From an uncultured Planctomycetaceae bacterium (GTDB lineage: Bacteria; Planctomycetota; Planctomycetia; Isosphaerales; Isosphaeraceae): 64,000 bases of DNA. Below are positions 33,361 through 43,203 of the stretch, piece after piece. A program made the position numbers and the translations under genes. Under the pieces are notes generated by a model. The model ran no database searches and was not told where the DNA came from. It saw only the letters and a list, made by a program, of their open reading frames with translations. Every line of letters starts with the position of its first letter. Within the stretch, counting starts at the first letter, position 1. Location: NCBI GenBank assembly GCA_963833985.1, contig CAWIAD010000002.1, positions 1,568,001 to 1,632,000 of the forward strand. Reading direction: 5' to 3'.

Positions 33361-34305
33361 GTGAAGATCGTGGTTCTGGATGGGCGGCCGCTGGCCACCG
33401 AACGGCATGAATGGTCCGGCCTGGATGAACTCGGGGAGCTGGAGCTTCATGACTACAGCACGGCCGCCGAAATCCCCACCCGCGCCGCCGGGGCGTCTGT
33501 CCTGGTCATCAACAAGTCGCCGATCCGTGAGGAGCTTCTCGCCGTTCTGCCGGACTTACGGTTCATCACCATCACAGCCACGGGATTCGATTGCGTGGAT
33601 CTCGCCGCGGCCCGACGGCGCGGCATCCCCGTATCCAACGTTCCGGTCTACGGCACGCTCTCGGTGGCGCAGTACGTGTTTGCCCTGGTCCTGGAACTGT
33701 GCCACCACGTCGCCCTCCACGACGCCGCGGTCCGCGCCGGCGACTGGACCCGCCAGCCCGATTTTTCGCTCCGCAAGACCCCGCTCCTGGAGCTGGCCGG
33801 CCGCACCATGGGCATCGTCGGTCATGGCCGGATCGGCCGCAGGGTCGGCGAGCTCGCGCGGGCGTTCGGGATGGAGGTACTCGCTTTCGACCCCATGTCC
33901 ACTCCGTCCGAGGTGGCGCACTGTGACCTGGATGAACTGTTCGCCCGCTCGGATGTGATCAGCTTGCACTGCCCGCTCACCGCCGAAACCGCCGGGCTGG
34001 TGAATCGCGAGCGGCTGCGGCTTGTAAAGCCGGGAACCCTGCTCGTGAACACGGCCCGAGGCGCCCTGGTCGTCGAGAGCGACCTGGCCGAGGCCCTGAA
34101 CGCCGGCACGCTCGCCGGCGCCGCCGTGGATGTGGTTTCGCGCGAGCCGATCGAGCCGACCAATCCGCTCCTGCACGCGAAGAACTGCCTGATCACGCCG
34201 CACATCGCCTGGGCCACGGCAGAAGCCCGGGGCCGGCTCATGGACGCCACCGTGGCCAACGTGCGCGCGTTCCTCGCGGGGCATCCGGTCAACGTCGTCA
34301 ACTGA
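33361..34305 (+). CDS. D-2-hydroxyacid dehydrogenase (glycerate dehydrogenase/hydroxypyruvate reductase-like)
   Basis: ATGFD, GHGRIG, SLHCPLT, NTARG, TPHIAW. Confidence 0.92.
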   Translation: MKIVVLDGRPLATERHEWSGLDELGELELHDYSTAAEIPTRAAGASVLVINKSPIREELLAVLPDLRFITITATGFDCVDLAAARRRGIPVSNVPVYGTLSVAQYVFALVLELCHHVALHDAAVRAGDWTRQPDFSLRKTPLLELAGRTMGIVGHGRIGRRVGELARAFGMEVLAFDPMSTPSEVAHCDLDELFARSDVISLHCPLTAETAGLVNRERLRLVKPGTLLVNTARGALVVESDLAEALNAGTLAGAAVDVVSREPIEPTNPLLHAKNCLITPHIAWATAEARGRLMDATVANVRAFLAGHPVNVVN

Positions 34306-34316
34306 GTCGATGACGA

Positions 34317-35173
34317 TCAGTTCGGCGGGGGGCCCACCCCGCCCAGCCGCGACGGCCTGGCGCGCCTGGGCTTGCCGGCTTTGGTGGTCGCCGCCGGCGC
34401 TGGCTCGGAGGAGATCTTCGCTGCCTCTTTCTCGAACTTCTCGGCAAGCTTGGCGTTCTCGTGGAACTCATGCGAGGGCCCGAGCTGGGGCCTCGGCTTC
34501 ATGCTGGGATCGAGATTCGCCAGGGCCCTGGCCACCTCGCTGTTTCTGGCCAGCGCCCGTACTTCTCCTTGGTCGAGGAGACAAGCTGCGACAGGTCGTG
34601 CGCACCCTGCACGAACTCCTCCTGCCTGGTCTGGACCTCCTCGTCGATCTTCTGCTTCGTCTTGGCATCGAAGGGTTGCCGTTTCGCCTGGTTGAGAACG
34701 GCGTTCTGCTGGTTCAGGTTGAAGTTGAGCTGGTTGCGATACATCTGGAGCTGGGCGTTCTGCTGCTGGTTGTAATAGCCGCCCATACGGCCCCGAAAGC
34801 GTGGCGTGGCGCGCATCTGCTGGCTCACGGCGTTGATCTCGGCCCGGAGCTGCGCCACCTGGGCAGTCATCCCCTGGATCATTGCCTGGTGGTCCTGCGG
34901 GCTGCCGAAGGATCGCTGCTTGAGCAGCGCCACGTTCCATTGCCTTGATAGCAGCTTGACTTCACCCACCTTTTTCTTCACATCCAGCTCGCTCTCGAGC
35001 ACGTAGGTCGGCCCCATCGGCCTCAGGCCGTTCCGATGCAGGATCTCCTCTTCCGGCGACTCGGTGGCCGCGGCCCCGGACGGTCTGGCTGCCTCCTGCG
35101 GGTCACCCGCGTGGAGTCCGACAACCCAGGACGTTGCGGCCATGAACACGAGCCCCGTCAACCGCCTGCCCAT
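34317..35173 (-). CDS. Secreted Gln-rich coiled-coil hypothetical protein (frameshift near 34550)
   Basis: Signal peptide from ATG 35173; two overlapping ORFs join at ..KEKY/ALARNSEV. Confidence 0.65.
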
Positions 35174-35548
35174 GATTTGCTCCCCTCGAGCTGCCCGCTC
35201 ACTCGCCTCCGTCCCCGTCGCGTCATGCCGCTCTGCTCGGAAACCTCTGAGCGCGTGCATGCTTCCGCCGCAACCGTGACGGACCCACCATACCAATCCT
35301 ACCTTATTGTTGAACCCCGACCACCGCTCGTGGCACCGCGGACGGCCTCTTCCTTGCTTCTGGCGGCCGGTTCTTCTTGAACCAATCCAATCAAGCCACG
35401 TATGATTGGCCAGCCAGGACTTGGCGGGCTGGAACCAACAATTCTAGCCATGGATTCCCCTGACGTCTGGACCACGAGGGGATTCGCTCATGTCCTCGGA
35501 CGTGGTTACTTCTAGCATTTCGTGGGTGCCGCCGTCAGGTGGAGTCGA

Positions 35549-36283
35549 ATGATTCTCTCACATAAAAATAGATTTATCATGCTTCTGCCCTGGAAAACGG
35601 CCAGCCAGACGGCCGTACGACGACTTGCAGAGTACCAGGAAAGTCCGTACAGCCAGCTCTTTGAATTCAACCCCTACCTGAATCGAGTTGTGCATCAGCA
35701 CATCACGTGTGCAGACCTTGCCGCGCTTCCGGAAGGCAGGCTCGGATACTTCATCTCCGCGTTCGTGCGTAATCCTTACGACCGGGTCTACTCCGGCTTC
35801 CGGCAGCTTCAGACGGACATCCGCGACCAGTCGCTGCCGTCGTTTCCGTTCCCGGCGCCCTGGGTTCGCGACCAGGTCCTGAAGCAATTGACGGACAACT
35901 TCGCCCAGCTCTGCCAGGCCCAGTTCCAGTTCGACCGCTGGCTTGACCTGGTGGGTGACGATCAGATTTACGAGACAGGCCGGAATACCAATTTTCCGCT
36001 GCACCCAGCGCATTACTGGACCCACCATGCGGGCAGACAGGTCGTGGACTTCATTGGACGGGTGGAGAATTTCGAAATCGATTTCCGGACGTTCCTCTCG
36101 CTCGTCAAGATCGATGAGGTTCAGATCGTCAACTCCAACGTGGTCGAGCTGGAAGGGGGCTCCTCAAGCAACCCTTTCGGTTATCGGTATGTGGATCGCA
36201 TGGATCCGTGCTCAATTCGAAAGATCAACCGTCTGTTCAAAGAAGATTTTGAGTTATTTGAGTACAAACGGTTGGACGCATGA
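35549..36283 (+). CDS. Sulfotransferase family 2 protein
   Basis: ILSHKNRFI...PWKTASQT (5'-PSB), FVRNPYDRVYSGF (3'-PB), DFIGRVEN, DFELFEY. Confidence 0.85.
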   Translation: MILSHKNRFIMLLPWKTASQTAVRRLAEYQESPYSQLFEFNPYLNRVVHQHITCADLAALPEGRLGYFISAFVRNPYDRVYSGFRQLQTDIRDQSLPSFPFPAPWVRDQVLKQLTDNFAQLCQAQFQFDRWLDLVGDDQIYETGRNTNFPLHPAHYWTHHAGRQVVDFIGRVENFEIDFRTFLSLVKIDEVQIVNSNVVELEGGSSSNPFGYRYVDRMDPCSIRKINRLFKEDFELFEYKRLDA

Positions 36284-36485
36284 AGTTGCACCAGCAGCGG
36301 GTGCCAGGTACGCCAGCACGCAGCGAATCCGCTCGCGATTGTAGAAGTCGTTCAGGAACCGCGCCGGGCTCGGCAGAATGCTGTCAGGAAGCTTCCATTC
36401 CTCACCCGCGCGCGGTACAGAGTTGCTGCCTTTCGTACTCGGTTCGTCCCTTTCCGGCACCTTGTTCTGCCGATTGGAGTTCGTC

Positions 36486-37229
36486 ATGCGTCGATTTGTG
36501 GGGCTTGCGGTCGGGGTGAGCTTGTTTTTCATCGTGGTCGGCCGGGCTTGCGCCGATGACCAGGATGTGAAGTCGATTCTCGCGAAAGCCGTCAAGGCAC
36601 TGGGAGGTGAGGAGAAACTTGACAAGGTCAAGGCATTCTCCTGGAAGGCCAAGGGCACCGTCACCTTCAACGGCAACGAGATGGATTCGAACAGCGAGGC
36701 GACCGTCCAGGGCCTTGGTCACTACCGCAGGGAATTCGGGAATGACCAGTTTCACGGCGTCGTCGTACTCAGCGGCGACAAGGGCTGGCGCAAGTTCGGT
36801 GATAACAATACGGAGCTTGACGAGTCGGGCGTCGCCAACGAAAAGCGCAATGTCTACCTCCATGTCATCCCGATCACAGTCGTACCGGTCAACGGCAAGG
36901 GATTCAAAGCCGAAACCGCCGGCGAGGAGCAAGTGGGCGACAAGCCAGCCGCGATTCTCAAGATCACGGGGCCTGACGGCAAGGACTTCACACTCTCCTT
37001 CGACAAGCAGAGTGGATTGCCCGTCAAGCAAGTCGCGCGTGTGGTCGGCTTTCAGGGCCAGGAGATGACCCTGGAAACGACCTTCGCCGATTACAAGGAC
37101 TTTGACGGGATCAAGAAAGCCACGAAGATTGAAGTCAAGCGCGACGGCGAGAAATTCCAGACCATGGAGCTCACCGAGTTCAAGGTCGTGGAGAACGCCA
37201 ATCCCGAAAGCTTCACGGAGCCGAAGTGA
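36486..37229 (+). CDS. Secreted hypothetical protein (LolA-like / DUF620-like fold suspected)
   Basis: Signal peptide; ILAKAVKALGGEEKL, FDKQSGLP, FADYKDFDGIK, N....F..P. Confidence 0.7.
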   Translation: MRRFVGLAVGVSLFFIVVGRACADDQDVKSILAKAVKALGGEEKLDKVKAFSWKAKGTVTFNGNEMDSNSEATVQGLGHYRREFGNDQFHGVVVLSGDKGWRKFGDNNTELDESGVANEKRNVYLHVIPITVVPVNGKGFKAETAGEEQVGDKPAAILKITGPDGKDFTLSFDKQSGLPVKQVARVVGFQGQEMTLETTFADYKDFDGIKKATKIEVKRDGEKFQTMELTEFKVVENANPESFTEPK

Positions 37230-37476
37230 ACCCGTGCCAGGAACTTCGACCCGCACGCCCGCCTGGTGCTCGAGCAGCCACCTCGGAGGTTGCGGTGGTA
37301 TTGCCGCCGATGAACACCAGGCGGGGGCGAGCCGGTTGAAGGTTGATCTGTTTCTCGGCCGGCCAAGCCATGTCCAGGCGAACTTTTGACTCGCTGGCTC
37401 AGCATGATCGGGTACGGGTCGTGAAACCGGTGAGATCCGCACACGATCGACCGCCGTTATATTTCACTCTTTGATG

Positions 37477-37510
37477 AAAACGTGGCACTCCGCGGCTGTG
37501 GAGTGCCACG
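37477..37510 (-). terminator. Intrinsic terminator after the ELWxxDGT gene
   Basis: Stem CGTGGCACTCC/GGAGTGCCACG followed by TTTT on the minus strand. Confidence 0.75.
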
Positions 37511-37533
37511 CTCACTGGCTGCGGTGGCTCCGG

Positions 37534-38886
37534 TCACTTGAGGGACCAGAGCGATGCCCCCGGCTCGGTGAAGAACAGGGTGCTTGACATGGGGGCGAGG
37601 TTCGAGGGCGAGGAGCTCTTTCCCTGGCTCAGGTTGGTGTCCATGACCGTCCCCTGCGCCGCACCGTTGCTCTCCCAGACCTGGTATCCATTGGCTACGG
37701 TGTAGGCGGTGAAGTGGAGCTTGCCGTTGACATTCTTCAGGTTCCCCAGGTAGGAGCCCGAGTTGCCGTTGATGGTCGTGACCATGGCCGTGCCGCTGGT
37801 CGAGCCGTCGCTCTTCCAGAGCTGGCTGCCATGCGTGCCGTCATTGGCTGCGAAGTAGAGTTCGCCACCCACCGCCGCCAGCGACTTGGGGGCCAGTCCC
37901 ACCGGACCGGGATGGACGTTCGTGACCATCGCGGTGCCGCTGGCCGAGCCATTGCTTTTCCAGAGCTGGCTGCCATGCGTGCCGTCGTTGGCCGAGAAGT
38001 ACAGCTCGCTTCCCACGGCCGTCAGTGATGCCGGCATCAAACCGATGTGCGCAGGGCCGCTACTGGTGAGCTTCTGCGTACCGCCGGTAGTGCCGTTGCT
38101 CTCCCAGAGCTGGTAGCCCGTACCGTCGTAGCCGTCGAAGAACAGCGTACTGCCCGCGGCAGTGAGATTCCCGGGCAGCGTACCCGCCCCACTGTAGTTC
38201 GATGTGGTCAGCATGGTCGCTCCACTGCCGGTGGTATCCCAGAGCTGGTAACCATGAGTGCCATCGTTGCCGCGAAAGAAGAGCGTGCTGCCCATCGCCG
38301 TGAGTTGCGACGCATTGGCGCCGCCGCCCGTCGGGTTGATGTTCGTGACCGCGACCGTCCCGCCGGCGGTACCGTCGCTCTTGAAGATCTGGTGCCCCGC
38401 GCCGGTCTTGTAGCCGATCATGTAGGCTGTACCGTTCACGTTGGTGATCGAGCTGGGCATGAGCCCGAGACCCGGGTTGACGTTGGTGACCATGGTGGTG
38501 CCGCCCGGCGTACCGTTGCTCGTCCAGAGCTGCATTCCGTGATGGCCGTCGTTGGCGGAGAAGTACAGGGTGTTGCCCACCGCGGTGAGGTACGAGGGGG
38601 AAATCCCGTAGGGGGCGTTCACGTTGGTCAGCATCTGCGTACCGGACGAGGTACCGTTGCTCTCCCAGAGCTGGTAGCCATGGGTCGCGTCGTGGGCACC
38701 GAAGAACATGTTTCCACCCGCCGACACGAAACCGGTTGTGACGGTGGCGCCGTAAGGGAGAGTGATGCCTGAAACCGTCCCGGTGAGCAATGCGCGGCCT
38801 TCGAGGCTCTCAACCTGGAGCCGGCGGCTCGTACTTCTGCGCCGAACGGCCGGCGTGAAGAAGCGTTGCTTCAGAATGTGTAGCAT
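37534..38886 (-). CDS. ELWxxDGT-repeat extracellular beta-propeller protein with planctomycete leader
   Basis: RRLQVESLEGRALL leader; eight ~48-aa repeats 'LYF.ANDG.HG.QLW.S(N/D)GT..GT.MVT'. Confidence 0.9.
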   Translation of the reverse strand: MLHILKQRFFTPAVRRRSTSRRLQVESLEGRALLTGTVSGITLPYGATVTTGFVSAGGNMFFGAHDATHGYQLWESNGTSSGTQMLTNVNAPYGISPSYLTAVGNTLYFSANDGHHGMQLWTSNGTPGGTTMVTNVNPGLGLMPSSITNVNGTAYMIGYKTGAGHQIFKSDGTAGGTVAVTNINPTGGGANASQLTAMGSTLFFRGNDGTHGYQLWDTTGSGATMLTTSNYSGAGTLPGNLTAAGSTLFFDGYDGTGYQLWESNGTTGGTQKLTSSGPAHIGLMPASLTAVGSELYFSANDGTHGSQLWKSNGSASGTAMVTNVHPGPVGLAPKSLAAVGGELYFAANDGTHGSQLWKSDGSTSGTAMVTTINGNSGSYLGNLKNVNGKLHFTAYTVANGYQVWESNGAAQGTVMDTNLSQGKSSSPSNLAPMSSTLFFTEPGASLWSLK

Positions 38887-39170
38887 GACACAGCTCCTGT
38901 GATCAGGTGAACCAGCGAAACACAGTTGCCGGGCCTGGTGGCACTCCTTGCGCTGCGCGGGGAGCGACCGGGCCGGAACCGCGTCCCGGCGATCGAACTG
39001 TCATGGATTCACTCTTGTCCGTCGTCGACGAACGTCGTTCCCGGATATCGTGCTTTGCGACGTCAGGACACTTCTGCCCCGAAGGTCAGTTCCAGGTGGC
39101 TGGGCTCTGCGCAGAGTCTCAAGGCTGTTGCATCGTGCTCGACGCTCACGCCGTTTACAAGCGGCGAGTT

Positions 39171-39199
39171 AATATCACCGAGCGCGAAGGCATTGTCAA
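39171..39199 (-). promoter_or_regulatory. sigma70-type promoter of the ELWxxDGT gene
   Basis: TTGACA-17 nt-GATATT on the minus strand with an AT-rich upstream tract. Confidence 0.55.
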
Positions 39200-39256
39200 G
39201 TATCCATCCAAGAATCTTTGAGAAGAAAGGTCATTGCGCTTATCTTAGAACTACGT

Positions 39257-39280
39257 GACTCTATCATTAGTGATATAGTC
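39257..39280. promoter_or_regulatory. Palindromic candidate operator
   Basis: GACTCTATCA-TTAG-TGATATAGTC (9/10 inverted match). Confidence 0.45.
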
Positions 39281-39755
39281 GAAGTCTGCATTCGTGCCTG
39301 CAAGCCCGCGGGCCCCTCGTTGCTTCCGCACGTCAAGCGCTGCTGTTCCTGCTGATCGTGCAGTGTCCGGATGGCACTGTGGTGTCCATGCAGGATGCCG
39401 GAAACGGCCGCATCCACGCTCGTCAGTGAGCACGCAGTAGTGGAAATATTCAGAAATATTAATGAATTTCGCTTCGGAGTCGAACTCCGCAACATGAATT
39501 CTGAGCCGATATTGACGTGCGAGATGGGCGCGGCCGAAGACGGGCTACGAACAGACTAGCAACCTGAGCTGCGCTCGATGGCCTGGAGTTGTCTGATCCT
39601 TCAAAGCAACATCGGAACCTTCAATAATGCTCAGAACACGCTTTCATTGGCCAGGCTGGGGCCAGCTCACCCGCAACTCAGGGTCCGGATGATGAGACCA
39701 CACGACCGGAATGATTGGTGCGGCCGGGGCCTGACGTTCTGTGCAAGCATGCAGC

Positions 39756-40955
39756 TCAGTGGATGATGAGGAAGCCTCCGTCGGGCGTGGCCACGACAGT
39801 GGCCAGGCTCCAGACAGGAATGCCCAGCGAAATGCGTCCTTTTTCGCCGGTCGGGTTGTTCTGCGCATCAAAGACTTGCCACGCCAGGGCTCCGTCCCGA
39901 GCCCAGCCGGTGCCCTCGGCCCAGACGAGAATGGTCTCCCCGATCTGATTGACCGCCAGGGCCGGATGTTTCTGCCCGGCCGGTCTCCCTCTGGGGGCAG
40001 TGGGTGGTGTGAACCGGAGCGGATCCGGATCGATTCTCGAGAAGAACACTTTCCCCTCCGACTCCCAGCCGGCAACGATGCCAGCAGGTCCCTCGGCGAA
40101 CGCCTCGCTGCTCATCGGGCACAGGTTGATCTCCCAGGGATGGAGAACCCTGTCCACGAAGCGAGTACCGTGGTCGCTGGACTCGAGCAGGATCATGTCC
40201 CGCTTGATGCCCCCGGTAGCTGCGCGATAGAGAGCCCACACATCGCCGCTACGATCCACGAAAGCACGGCTTCCGCAGCACCCGCACGCACCCGTGGCGC
40301 GGTCGATGGCAGCTCGTTCCGTGGCAAATGTTTGACCTTCGTCCTCGGACCTGGTGATGAAGAATCGCCGCGCGTCTTCTCCCGCTGGAGCGCCGCTGGT
40401 CCGGCCATGCCAGGCGACGAACACGCGACCTGCGCCGTCCGCGGCAACCGTGCCTCCGCCGTCCAGGGCCGTTGTACAGGTCATCAAGTTGCGCTCGGCC
40501 TCGAAGGCAACCCCGGCGTCATTCAGCCGGGAGTAGAGCATGGGAGACCCGCCGCTGGGGTTTACGATCTTGCCTCGTCCAGAGCCATTCCACGCCACGT
40601 GAATTCTGCCGTTCTTACCCACAGCGAGCTGTGCACCGCGGATGGTGCCCATTGCAATGGCACTTCCGTCCTGGGCGTTGACCCTCATTGCCCGCGAGAA
40701 CCCGCTCTCACCCGGCAACAGACGCGCATAGTACAGGTTGCCGCCGGCTGGATCGCCCACGTAGAAGACCAGGTGTACTGTGCCTCGGGCATCGATGACC
40801 GCCTGCGGCTGGATGCCGCCGTCGGGCGTCGTGAGCACCTTCACCTGAGAGTGACCCGGGCCTTCGGCCGCGGCCGATTCTCGTCTCATCAGAGATGGGG
40901 CAAGCATGACATTTATGAACAAAACAGTGCATGCAAGTGCACGTGTCATCGGCAT
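39756..40955 (-). CDS. Secreted BNR/sialidase-like beta-propeller hypothetical protein
   Basis: Signal peptide; Asp-boxes SEDEGQTF and SSDHGTRF; GACGCC and W.I..CPMS motifs. Confidence 0.75.
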   Translation of the reverse strand: MPMTRALACTVLFINVMLAPSLMRRESAAAEGPGHSQVKVLTTPDGGIQPQAVIDARGTVHLVFYVGDPAGGNLYYARLLPGESGFSRAMRVNAQDGSAIAMGTIRGAQLAVGKNGRIHVAWNGSGRGKIVNPSGGSPMLYSRLNDAGVAFEAERNLMTCTTALDGGGTVAADGAGRVFVAWHGRTSGAPAGEDARRFFITRSEDEGQTFATERAAIDRATGACGCCGSRAFVDRSGDVWALYRAATGGIKRDMILLESSDHGTRFVDRVLHPWEINLCPMSSEAFAEGPAGIVAGWESEGKVFFSRIDPDPLRFTPPTAPRGRPAGQKHPALAVNQIGETILVWAEGTGWARDGALAWQVFDAQNNPTGEKGRISLGIPVWSLATVVATPDGGFLIIH

Positions 40956-41285
40956 AAAAGTTCTCCTTGGGTGATCCGGCCACGTGGTCCAGGCCGTGAA
41001 CCATTCTAACCCTGAACCAGGCATGATTTGAGGCTTTCGAGTGCTCTGGTAAGAAAATACCCGGCACCCTGGTGCCTTCAGCCCAGGAACTGCCTGCCTG
41101 CCTGTCTTGCGGATCGAGAGGGGACGAGCCCATGCGGTGGACCGGTGAGGTCTGACCCCGACCGCCAGGGCGCGGTATGCTGAACCTTCGAGCTGCAACC
41201 CCCGGCGCTGGGGCCGGGGTGACTTGCCGGCGCTCGCGGAGACCGCGGCGCTGATTCTCCGGGACGGGAGGGGAGCAATCCGACC

Positions 41286-42173
41286 ATGACGAACGTGCAT
41301 TCCATCTCGCGGCGTGGTTTCCTGGGCGCGTCGGCCACGGCCGCCGCCGCCGGTCTCGCTCGATCACGCGCCCAGGAGCAGGAGCAGCAGCAGCCGTCGC
41401 CTCCCGCGGACCTCGGGTTTCCGCTCGTCGACCTGCACGCCCACCTCGACGGCAGCAGCATCGACCCGGTGGTGCGGCTGGCGCAGGGGCGTGGGGTGAA
41501 GCTGGGCATCGTGGAGCATGCCGGGACGAAGGCGAACAAGTACCCGGTCGTGCTCAGCAATGATGACGAGCTCTCGGCCTATCTGAACCGGCTCGAAGGC
41601 AAGGGCGTGTACCGCGGTGTGCAGGCCGAGTGGACTGACTGGATGACCTGCTTCTCGCCGGCCGCCCTGGCCCGGCTCGACTACGTGCTCACCGACGCCA
41701 TGACATTTCCGGGCCGGGACGGTGGGCGCGTCAAGCTCTGGGAGAAGGACGCCGAGGCCCGCGTGGACATGCGCGACCAGGAAGTGTTCATGGACCGCTT
41801 CGTGGACTGGCACGTCGAGATCATGGCGACGGAGCCCTTCGACATCCTGGCCAACGCATCGTGGCTACCCGACGCGCTTTTGCCCGCGTACGACAGCCTC
41901 TGGACCGAGCGGCGCATTGCCAGGGTGCTGGACGCCGCGCTCAAGTACGGGGTGGCCATCGAGATCAGCTCCAGCTACAAACTCCCTCACCTGGCCTTCC
42001 TGAAGCAGGCCAGGAGCGCGGGGGTGAAGTTCAGCTTTGGCTCCAACGGCCGCTATCCCAAGATGGCGCAGCTCGATTACAGCATCGCCATGGCAAGAGC
42101 CTTGCACCTCAGCGCCGCGGACATGTTCGTGCCCGGCAAAGAGGGCGAAAAGGCCGTCCAGAGGCGAAGATGA
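41286..42173 (+). CDS. PHP-like (amidohydrolase fold) protein, Tat-exported
   Basis: SRRGFL; DLHAH, VEH, DYVL, AIEISS, FSFGSN. Confidence 0.75.
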   Translation: MTNVHSISRRGFLGASATAAAAGLARSRAQEQEQQQPSPPADLGFPLVDLHAHLDGSSIDPVVRLAQGRGVKLGIVEHAGTKANKYPVVLSNDDELSAYLNRLEGKGVYRGVQAEWTDWMTCFSPAALARLDYVLTDAMTFPGRDGGRVKLWEKDAEARVDMRDQEVFMDRFVDWHVEIMATEPFDILANASWLPDALLPAYDSLWTERRIARVLDAALKYGVAIEISSSYKLPHLAFLKQARSAGVKFSFGSNGRYPKMAQLDYSIAMARALHLSAADMFVPGKEGEKAVQRRR

Positions 42174-42241
42174 CGGAGCATTCGCGCCGGCAGCGCAGTC
42201 CCGGGTTGACCGACGAGAGTGCGGCGGTCCCGCGATTGCCG

Positions 42242-43177
42242 TCAATCCACGGTCTGCTTGACACGTCGCTTCGAGACCGTCTTCACAGGCTTGGCCTTGG
42301 TTTTCTTGGCGGCCGGCCTGGTTGCTGGTTTCGCGGCTGAAGCCTGGGTGCGCTTTTGCGTGGACTTCGCGGCCTGTGCGGACTTTGTTGCCCGCGGCCT
42401 GGCCGGAGCCTTCGCCTTCACCTTTGTAGTGGGTGCGGCAGCGGGAACCGGGGCTGCGGCCTCGGCCATTTCGATGCCGAAAACATCGGCCAGAGCATCG
42501 GCGGCAATTGTTTTCTTGCCGCGCGGCTGGCCGGTCCTGGCGGCTGGAGCACTGTCGACGGCCCCGGCGATCAGTTCCAGGTGATCAACCTTGCGCAGCA
42601 CGAAGAGGAGTTCCGGCTTCTCGTCGAGCCGGGCGCCGATGCCGTACATCACGGCGGCGACATGCTTGCACATCCCGGCCCAGTCGGGGCATGAGCAGTG
42701 CATCTTGATCTCGGCCGGCTTCGGGAAGAGACCCTTGTCGTGCTGCGTGACCACGTCCATCACGCTCCTGGAGAGCTTTCCCTGGAGCAGCTCCACGAGC
42801 GAACCGATCTGGCCGGAGCACTGGCTCTTGACGCTCTTCCATTGAGCATCCCCCAGCGGCGCAATCGTGATTTCCACCTTGTACAGCTCGGACCCGCTGA
42901 CCATCGCCGAGATCTTGCCCGGCTGGATCTCCAGGTGGACAACCGAGCCGTTGCGCACGTACGTCCGACCGCGTGGCAGGCGATTGGCGTAGTCGCTATA
43001 GGACTCGAGGTTGTCACACCAGGCCTTGCCCCAGAACGTCCGTGCGATGATGCGGCCGGCGATGGCAACCGGAGAAACAGCGAGTCCCTGCTTGCGGCGC
43101 TTTTCCATCTCGCGCATCGCCTGCTTCCTGCGCTCGGCAACCGACACATATGGCCTGTATCCGTAATCCCAACCCAT
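42242..43177 (-). CDS. SWIM zinc-finger protein with Lys/Ala-rich tail
   Basis: FWGKAW, NRLPRGRTYVRNGSV, CSCPDWAGMCKH, DEKPELLFVLR. Confidence 0.92.
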   Translation of the reverse strand: MGWDYGYRPYVSVAERRKQAMREMEKRRKQGLAVSPVAIAGRIIARTFWGKAWCDNLESYSDYANRLPRGRTYVRNGSVVHLEIQPGKISAMVSGSELYKVEITIAPLGDAQWKSVKSQCSGQIGSLVELLQGKLSRSVMDVVTQHDKGLFPKPAEIKMHCSCPDWAGMCKHVAAVMYGIGARLDEKPELLFVLRKVDHLELIAGAVDSAPAARTGQPRGKKTIAADALADVFGIEMAEAAAPVPAAAPTTKVKAKAPARPRATKSAQAAKSTQKRTQASAAKPATRPAAKKTKAKPVKTVSKRRVKQTVD

Positions 43178-43203
43178 CAAGGACTCCTTTCTCGAGAGTC
43201 ACG

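Noticed and set aside
37700..38700. DNA-level ~144-bp repeats suggesting an array
   Set aside because: They are the coding ELWxxDGT propeller repeats
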